DNA of 64,000 nt from Antedon mediterranea (lineage: Eukaryota; Animalia; Echinodermata). Shown piece after piece: positions 54,664 to 64,000 of this stretch. The position numbers and the translations under genes were made by a program. The stretch's first letter is position 1. The number at the start of each line of letters is the position of its first letter. The DNA lies in NCBI RefSeq assembly GCF_964355755.1, contig NC_092677.1:20854101-20918100 (forward strand). The letters run 5' to 3'. The notes under the pieces were generated by a model, which saw nothing but the letters and a program-made list of their open reading frames with translations, did no database searches and was not told the origin of the DNA.

Positions 54664-57600
54664 TATCGTATTTAAAAACGTTTTAGACCATTTTGAGCAT
54701 TTCGAAAAAACTTTTCCACACCAAACATCAAAGTTTACAAAATAGCTTCAAATCGCATTTGGAGACGTTTTAGACCATTTTGTGATTTTCGAAAAAACTT
54801 GTTAACATAAAAACACCAAAGTGCTCAGAATACCTTCAAATCGCATTTGGAGACGTTTTAGACCCTTTTGTGCATTTCGATGAAACTTGGTTACACAAAA
54901 ACATCAAAGTGCTTAAAATCACATTAGAAACCGTTTTAGACCATTTTGAGCATTTCGTTAAAATTTGTCACAGAAAAACATCAAAGAGCAAAAAATATCT
55001 TAATATCGTATTTAAAAACGTTTTAGACCATTTTGAGCATTTCGACAAAACTTTTTCACACAAAACATCAAAGTGTACAAAATAGCTTCAAATCGCATTT
55101 GGAGACGTTTTAACCCATTTTGAGCATTTCGATAAAATTTTACACACAAAAACATCAAAGTGCACAAAATAGCTTAATATGGTATTTAAAAACGTTTTAG
55201 ACCATTTTGAGCATTTCAACAAAACTTTTTCTCACAAAACATCAAAGTGTACAGAATAGCTTCAAATTTCATTTGGAGACGTTTTAGACTTTTTTGTGCA
55301 TTTCGATGAAACTTGGTTACACAAAAACATCAAAGTGCTTAAAATCACATTTTGAGCATTTCGTTAAAACTTTTCACACAAAAACATCAAAGTCCACAAA
55401 ATAGCTTAATATCGTATTTAAAAACGTTTTAGACCATTTTGAGCATTTCGAAAAAACTTTTCCACACAAAACATCAAAGTTTACAAAATAGCTTCAAATC
55501 GCATTTGGAGACGTTTTAGACCATTTTGTGATTTTCGAAAAAACTTGATAACATAAAAACACCAAAGTGCTCAGAATACCTTCAAATCGTGTTTTGAGAC
55601 GTTTTAGACCATTTTGTAATTTTCGAAAAAACTTGTTAACATAAAAACACCAAAGTGCTCAGAATACCTTCACATCGCATTTTGAGACGTTTTAGACCAT
55701 TTTGTGATTTTCGAAAAAACTTGTTAACATAAAAACACCAAAGTGCTTAGAAAAGCTTGAAATCGCATTTGGAGACGTTTTAGACCATTTTGTGCATTTC
55801 GATGAAACTTGGTTACACAAAAACATCAAAGTGCTTAAAATCACATTTTGAGCATTTCGTTAAAACTTTTCACACAAAAACATCAAAGAGTAAAAAATAG
55901 CTTAATATCGTATTTAAAAACGTTTTAGACCATTTTGAGCATTTCGACAAAATTTTTTCACACAAAACATCAAAGTGTACAGAATAGCTTTAAATCGCAT
56001 TTGGAGACGTTTTAGACCATTTTGTTCATTTCGATGAAACAAAAAAACAAAAACATCAAATTGCACAAAATGGCTTAATATGATATGGGAAAACGTTTTA
56101 GACCATTTTGAACATTTCGTTAAAAGTTTTCACACAAAAACATCAAAGTCCACAAAATAGCTTAATATCGTATTTAAAAACGTTTTAGACCATTTTGAGC
56201 ATTTCGAAAAAACTTTTTCACACAAAACATCAAAGTTTACAAAATAGCTTCAAATCGCATTTGGAGACGTTATAGACCATTTTGTGATTTTCGAAAAAAC
56301 TTGTTAACATAAAAACACCAAAGTGCTCAGAATACCTTCAAATCGCATTTTGAGACGTTTTAGACCATTTTGTGATTTTCGAAAAAACTTGTTAACATAA
56401 AAACACCAAAGTGCTCAGAATCGTGTTTTGAGACGTTTTAGACCATTTTGTGATTTTCGAAAAAACTTGTTAACATAAAAACACCAAAGTGCTCAGAATA
56501 CCTTCAAATCGCATTTTGAGACGTTTTAGACCATTTTGTGATTTTCGAAAAAACTTGTTAACATAAAAACACCAAAGTGCTCAGAATACCTTCAAATCGT
56601 GTTTTGAGACGTTTTAGACCATTTTGTGATTTTCGAAAAAACTTGTTAACATAAAAACACCAAAGTGCTCAGAATACCTTCAAATCGCATTTTGAGACGT
56701 TTTAGACCATTTTGTGATTTTCGAAAAAACTTGTTAACATAAAAACACCAAAGTGCTCAGAATACCTTCAAATCGTGTTTTGAGACGTTTTAGACCATTT
56801 TGTAATTTTCGAAAAAACTTGTTAACATAAAAACACCAAAGTGCTTAGAAAAGCTTCAAATCGCATTTGGAGACGTTTTAGACCATTTTGTTCATTTCGA
56901 TGAAACTTGGTTACACAAAAACATCAAAGAGCACAAAAGATCTTAATATCGTATTTAAAAACGTTTTAGACCATTTTGAGCATTTCGAAAAAACTTTTTC
57001 ACACAAAACATCAAAGTGTACAAAATAGCTTCAAATCGCATTTTGAGACGTTTTAGACAATTTTGTGATTTTCGAAAAAACTTGTTTACATAAAAACACC
57101 AAAGTGCTTAGAAAAGCTTCAAATCGCATTTGGAGACGTTTTAAACCATTTTGTTCATTTCGATGAAACTTGGTTACACAAAAACATCAAAGAGCACAAA
57201 AGTATTTAAAAACGTTTTAGACCATTTTGAGCATTCCGTCAAAACTTTTTCACACAAAACATCAAAGTGTACAGAATAGCTTTAAATCGCATTTGGAGAC
57301 GTTTTAGACCATTTTGTAGTTTTCGAAAAAACTTGTTAACATAAAAACACAAAAGAGCTTCAAATCGCATTTGGAGACGTTTTAGACCCTTTTGTGCATT
57401 TCGATGAAACTTGGTTACACAAAAACATCGAAGTGCTTAAAATCACATTAGAAACCGTTTTAGACCATTTTGAGCATTTCGTTAAAACTTTTCACACAAA
57501 AACATCAAAGTCCACAAAATAGCTTAATATGGTATTTAAAAACGTTTTAGAACATTTTGAGCATTTCAACAAAACTTTTTCTCACAAAACATCAAAGTGT

Positions 57601-60600
57601 ACAGAATAGCTTCAAATCGAATTTGGAGACGTTTTAGACCATTTTGTGCATTTCGATGAAACTTGGTTACACAAAAACATCAAAGTGCTTAAAATCACAT
57701 TTTGAGCATTTCGTTAAAACTTTTCACACAAAAACATCAAAGAGTAAAAAATAGCTTAATATCGTATTTAAAAACGTTTTAGACCATTTTGAGCATTTCG
57801 ACAAAATTTTTTCACACAAAACATCAAAGTGTACAGAATAGCTTTAAATCGCATTTGGAGACGTTTTAGACCATTTTGTTAATTTCGATGAAACAAAAAC
57901 ACAAAAACATCAAATTGCACAAAATGGCTTAATATGATATGGGAAAACGTTTTAGACCATTTTGAACATTTCGTTAAAAGTTTTCACACAAAAACATCAA
58001 AGTCCACAAAATAGCTTAACATCGTATTTAAAAACGTTTTAGACCATTTTGAGCATTTCGAAAAAACTTTTTCACACAAAACATCAAAGTTTACAAAATA
58101 GCTTCAAATCGCATTTGGAGACGTTTTAGACCATTTTGTGATTTTCGAAAAAACTTGTTAACATAAAAACACCAAAGTGCTCAGAAAAGCTTCAAATCGC
58201 ATTTGGAGACGTTTTAAACCATTTTGTTCATTTCGATGAAACTTGGTTACACAAAAACATCAAAGAGCACAAAAGTATTTAAAAACGTTTTAGACCATTT
58301 TGAGCATTCCGACAAAACTTTTTCACACAAAACATCAAAGTGTACAGAATAGCTTTAAATCGCATTTGGAGACGTTTTAACCCATTTTGAGCATTTCGAT
58401 AAAATTTTACAAACAAAAACATCAAAGTGCACAAAATAGCTTAATATGGTATTTAAAAACGTTTTAGACCATTTTGAGCATTTCAACAAAACTTTTTCTC
58501 ACAAAACATCAAAGTGTACAGAATAGCTTCAAATCGTATTTGGAGACGTTTTAGACCATTTTGTGCATTTCGATGAAACTTGGTTACACAAAAACATCAA
58601 AGTGCTTAAAATCACATTTTGAGCATTTCGTTAAAACTTTTCACACAAAAACATCAAAGTCCACAAAATAGCTTAATATCGTATTTAAAAACGTTTTAGA
58701 CCATTTTGAGCATTTCGAAAAAACTTTTCCACACAAAACTTCAAAGTTTACAAAATAGCTTCAAATCGCATTTGGAGACGTTTTAGACCATTTTGTGATT
58801 TTCGTAAAAACTTGTTAACATAAAAACACCAAAGTGCTTAGAAAAGCTTCAAATCGCATTTGGAGACGTTTTAGACCATTTTGTGCATTTCGATGAAACT
58901 TGGTTACACAAAAACATCAAAGTGCTTAAAATCACATTTTGAACATTTCGTTAAAAGTTTTCACACAAAAACATCAAAGAGTAAAAAATAGCTTAATATC
59001 GTATTTAAAAACGTTTTAGACCATTTTGAGCATTTCGAAAAAACTTTTCCACACAAAACATCAAAGTTTACAAAATAGCTTCAAATCGCATTTGGAGACG
59101 TTTTAGACCATTTTGTGATTTTCGAAAAAACTTGTTAACATAAAAACACCAAAGTGCTCAGAATACCTTCAAATCGCATTTGGAGACGTTTTAGACCATT
59201 TTGTTCATTTCGATGAAACAAAAACACAAAAACATCAAATTGCACAAAATGGCTTAATATGATATGGGAAAACGTTTTAGACCATTTTGAACATTTCGTT
59301 AAAAGTTTTCACACAAAAACATCAAAGTCCACAAAATAGCTTAATATCGTATTTAAAAACGTTTTAGACCATTTTGAGCATTTCGAAAAAACTTTTCCAC
59401 ACAAAACATCAAAGTTTACAAAATAGCTTCAAATCGCTTTTGGAGACGTTTTAGACCATTTTGTGATTTTCGAAAAAACTTGTTAACATAAAAACACAAA
59501 AGTGCTCAGAATACTTTCAAATCGCATTTGGAGACGTTTTAGACCATTTTGTGATTTTCGAAAAAACTTGTTTACATAAAAACACCAAAGTGCTTAGAAA
59601 AGCTTCAAATCGCATTTGGAGACGTTTTAAACCATTTTGTTCATTTCGATGAAACTTGGTTACACAAAAACATCAAAGAGCACAAAAGTATTTAAAAACG
59701 TTTTAGACCATTTTGTGCATTCCGACAAAACTTTTTCACACAAAACATCAAAGTGTACAGAATAGCTTTAAATCGCATTTGGAGACGTTTTAGACCATTT
59801 TGTAGTTTTCGAAAAAACTTGTTAACATAAAAACACCAAAGAGCTTCAAATCGCATTTGGAGACGTTTTAGACCCTTTTGTGCATTTCGATGAAACTTGG
59901 TTACACAAAAACATCAAAGTGCTTAAAATCACATTAGAAACCGTTTTAGACCATTTTGAGCATTTCGTTAAAACTTTTCACACAAAAACATCAAAGTCCA
60001 CAAAATAGCTTAATATCGTATTTAAAAACGTTTTAGACCATTTTGAGCATTTCGAAAAAACTTTTTCACACAAAACATCAAAGTTTACAAAATAGCTTCA
60101 AATCGCATTTGGAGACGTTTTAGACCATTTTGTGATTTTCGAAAAAACTTGTTAACATAAAAACACCAAAGTGCTCAGAATACCTTCAAATCGCATTTTG
60201 AGACGTTTTAGACCATTTTGTGATTTTCGAAAAAACAACATAAAAACACCAAAGTGCTCAGAATACCTTCAAATCGCATTTGGAGACGTTTTAGACCATT
60301 TTGTGATTTTCGAAAAAACTTGTTAACATAAAAACACCAAAGTGCTCAGAATACCTTCAAATCGTATTTTGAGACGTTTTAGACAATTTTGTGATTTTCG
60401 AAAAAACTTGTTAACATAAAAACACCAAAGTGCTTAGAAAAGCTTCAAATCGCATTTGGAGACGTTTTAGACCATTTTGTGCATTTCGATGAAACTTGGT
60501 TACACAAAAACATCAAAGTGTACAGAATAGCTTCAAATCGCATTAGAAACCGTTTTAGACCATTTTGAGCATTTCGAAAAAACTTTTTCACACCAAACAT

Positions 60601-63600
60601 CAAAGTGTACAAAATAGCTTCAAATCGCATTTGGAGACGTTTTAGACAATTTTGTGATTTTCGAAAAAACTTGTTTACATAAAAACACGAAAGTGCTAAG
60701 AATAGCTTCCAATCGCATTTGGAGACGTTTTAGACCCTTTTGTGCATTTCGATGAAACTTGGTTACACAAAAACATCAAAGTGCTTAAAATCACATTAGA
60801 AACCGTTTTAGACCATTTTGAGCATTTCGTTAAAATTTTTCACAGAAAAACATCAAAGAGCAAAAAATAGCTTAATATCGTATTTAAAAACGTTTTAGAC
60901 CATTTTGAGCATTTCGACAAAACTTTTTCACACAAAATATCAAAGTGTACAGAATAGCTTCAAATCGCATTTTGAGACGTTTTAACCCATTTTGAGCATT
61001 TCGATAAAATTTTACACACAAAAACATCAAAGTGCACAAAATAGCTTAATATGGTATTTAAAAACGTTTTAGACCATTTTGAGCAATTCAACAAAACTTT
61101 TTCTCACAAAACATCAAAGTGTACAGAATAGCTTCAAATCGCATTTGGAGACGTTTTAGACCATTTTCTGCATTTCGATGAAACTTGGTTACACAAAAAC
61201 ATCAAAGTGCTTAAAATCACATTTTGAGCATTTCGTTAAAACTTTTCACACAAAAACATCAAAGTCCACAAAATAGCTTAATATCGTATTTAAAAACGTT
61301 TTAGACCATTTTGAGCATTTCGAAAAAACTTTTCCACACCAAACATCAAAGTTTACAAAATAGCTTCAAATCGCATTTGGAGACGTTTTAGACCATTTTG
61401 TGATTTTCGAAAAAACTTGTTAACATAAAAACACCAAAGTGCTCATAATACCTTCAAATCGCATTTGGAGACGTTTTAGACCCTTTTGTGCATTTCGATG
61501 AAACTTGGTTACACAAAAACATCAAAGTGCTTAAAATCACATTAGAAACCGTTTTAGACCATTTTGAGCATTTCGTTAAAATTTGTCACAGAAAAACATC
61601 AAAGAGCAAAAAATATCTTAATATCGTATTTAAAAACGTTTTAGACCATTTTGAGCATTTCGACAAAACTTTTTCACACAAAACATCAAAGTTTACAAAA
61701 TAGCTTCAAATCGCATTTGGAGACGTTTTAGACCATTTTGTGATTTTCGAAAAAACTTGTTAACATAAAAACACCAAAGTGCTCAGAATACCTTCAAATC
61801 GCATTTTGAGACGTTTTAGACCATTTTGTGATTTTCGAAAAAACAACATAAAAACACCAAAGTGCTCAGAATACCTTCAAATCGCATTTGGAGACGTTTT
61901 AGACCATTTTGTGATTTTCGAAAAAACTTGTTAACATAAAAACACCAAAGTGCTCAGAATACCTTCAAATCGTATTTTGAGACGTTTTAGACAATTTTGT
62001 GATTTTCGAAAAAACTTGTTAACATAAAAACACCAAAGTGCTTAGAAAAGCTTCAAATCGCATTTGGAGACGTTTTAGACCATTTTGTGCATTTCGATGA
62101 AACTTGGTTACACAAAAACATCAAAGTGTACAGAATAGCTTCAAATCGCATTAGAAACCGTTTTAGACCATTTTGAGCATTTCGAAAAAACTTTTTCACA
62201 CCAAACATCAAAGTGTACAAAATAGCTTCAAATCGCATTTGGAGACGTTTTAGACAATTTTGTGATTTTCGAAAAAACTTGTTTACATAAAAACACGAAA
62301 GTGCTAAGAATAGCTTCCAATCGCATTTGGAGACGTTTTAGACCCTTTTGTGCATTTCGATGAAACTTGGTTACACAAAAACATCAAAGTGCTTAAAATC
62401 ACATTAGAAACCGTTTTAGACCATTTTGAGCATTTCGTTAAAATTTTTCACAGAAAAACATCAAAGAGCAAAAAATAGCTTAATATCGTATTTAAAAACG
62501 TTTTAGACCATTTTGAGCATTTCGACAAAACTTTTTCACACAAAATATCAAAGTGTACAGAATAGCTTCAAATCGCATTTTGAGACGTTTTAACCCATTT
62601 TGAGCATTTCGATAAAATTTTACACACAAAAACATCAAAGTGCACAAAATAGCTTAATATGGTATTTAAAAACGTTTTAGACCATTTTGAGCAATTCAAC
62701 AAAACTTTTTCTCACAAAACATCAAAGTGTACAGAATAGCTTCAAATCGCATTTGGAGACGTTTTAGACCATTTTCTGCATTTCGATGAAACTTGGTTAC
62801 ACAAAAACATCAAAGTGCTTAAAATCACATTTTGAGCATTTCGTTAAAACTTTTCACACAAAAACATCAAAGTCCACAAAATAGCTTAATATCGTATTTA
62901 AAAACGTTTTAGACCATTTTGAGCATTTCGAAAAAACTTTTCCACACCAAACATCAAAGTTTACAAAATAGCTTCAAATCGCATTTGGAGACGTTTTAGA
63001 CCATTTTGTGATTTTCGAAAAAACTTGTTAACATAAAAACACCAAAGTGCTCATAATACCTTCAAATCGCATTTGGAGACGTTTTAGACCCTTTTGTGCA
63101 TTTCGATGAAACTTGGTTACACAAAAACATCAAAGTGCTTAAAATCACATTAGAAACCGTTTTAGACCATTTTGAGCATTTCGTTAAAATTTGTCACAGA
63201 AAAACATCAAAGAGCAAAAAATATCTTAATATCGTATTTAAAAACGTTTTAGACCATTTTGAGCATTTCGACAAAACTTTTTCACACAAAACATCAAAGT
63301 GTACAAAATAGCTTCAAATCGCATTTGGAGACGTTTTAACCCATTTTGAGCATTTCGATAAAATTTTACACACAAAAACATCAAAGTGCACAAAATAGCT
63401 TAATATGGTATTTAAAAACGTTTTAGACCATTTTGAGCATTTCAACAAAACTTTTTCTCACAAAACATCAAAGTGTACAGAATAGCTTCAAATCGCATTT
63501 GGAGACGTTTTAGACTTTTTTGTGCATTTCGATGAAACTTGGTTACACAAAAACATCAAAGTGCTTAAAATCACATTTTGAGCATTTCGTTAAAACTTTT

Positions 63601-64000
63601 CACACAAAAACATCAAAGTTCACAAAATAGCTTAATATCGTATTTAAAAACGTTTTAGACCATTTTGAGCATTTCGAAAAAACTTTTCCACACAAAACAT
63701 CAAAGTTTACAAAATAGCTTCAAATCGCATTTGGAGACGTTTTAGACCATTTTGTGATTTTCGAAAAAACTTGATAACATAAAAACACCAAAGTGCTCAG
63801 AATACCTTCAAATCGTGTTTTGAGACGTTTTAGACCATTTTGTAATTTTCGAAAAAACTTGTTAACATAAAAACACCAAAGTGCTCAGAATACCTTCACA
63901 TCGCATTTTGAGACGTTTTAGACCATTTTGTGATTTTCGAAAAAACTTGTTAACATAAAAACACCAAAGTGCTTAGAAAAGCTTGAAATCGCATTTGGAG
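54660..64000. repeat. Tandem satellite DNA array (right segment), same family and orientation as the left segment
   Basis: Same monomer subtypes and anchor motif as 1-53261; continues past the window end. Confidence 0.98.

Noticed and set aside
10241-63311. Repeated 61-84 aa ORFs in the satellite (MRFEAILYTL..., MHFDETWLHK..., and others)
   Set aside because: They are chance open frames spanning 2-3 monomers, often with non-ATG starts, and recur only because the blocks are duplicated. I used them solely as offset markers.
1-64000. CRISPR array: the recurring GTTTTAGA... resembles the start of type II-A repeats and the spacing is regular
   Set aside because: The intervening sequences are homologous to each other and repeated many times rather than being unique spacers, and there is no leader or cas gene. 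This is a satellite.
1-64000. Inversions or strand switches in the array
   Set aside because: None were seen on reading through; monomers keep the same orientation on both sides of the insertion.

Overview
This is eukaryotic heterochromatin-type sequence with no credible protein-coding or RNA gene. About 62.6 kb of the 64 kb is one head-to-tail, single-orientation, AT-rich satellite array with an 87-88 bp monomer, some shorter deletion variants, and roughly 700+ monomers. The array is organised as irregular, nested higher-order duplications (periods or offsets of 176, 614, 746, 1268, 1512, 1608, ~3758, 4503, 8264 and ~18408 bp), as expected for a (peri)centromeric satellite; that location is an inference. 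The only interruption is a 1398-bp non-coding element at 53262-54659 with 18-bp imperfect terminal inverted repeats (5'-AGTGGAGCT...), inserted into the satellite's TTAA with that TTAA duplicated. TTAA plus 5'-AG...CT-3' termini best fits a non-autonomous Kolobok-type DNA transposon. The most notable observations are: (i) the element sits at a switch in higher-order-repeat register equivalent to loss of a 1268-bp block, and the reciprocal duplication junction is present elsewhere in the window; (ii) the monomer is itself a degenerate foldback with ~10-bp sub-periodicity, and several amplified deletions are 10 or 20 bp; (iii) the element carries promoter-like motif clusters and a CTAG/TAGGCCTA-rich core. 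I found no evidence of a new gene-encoded system, and all listed ORFs look like chance frames.
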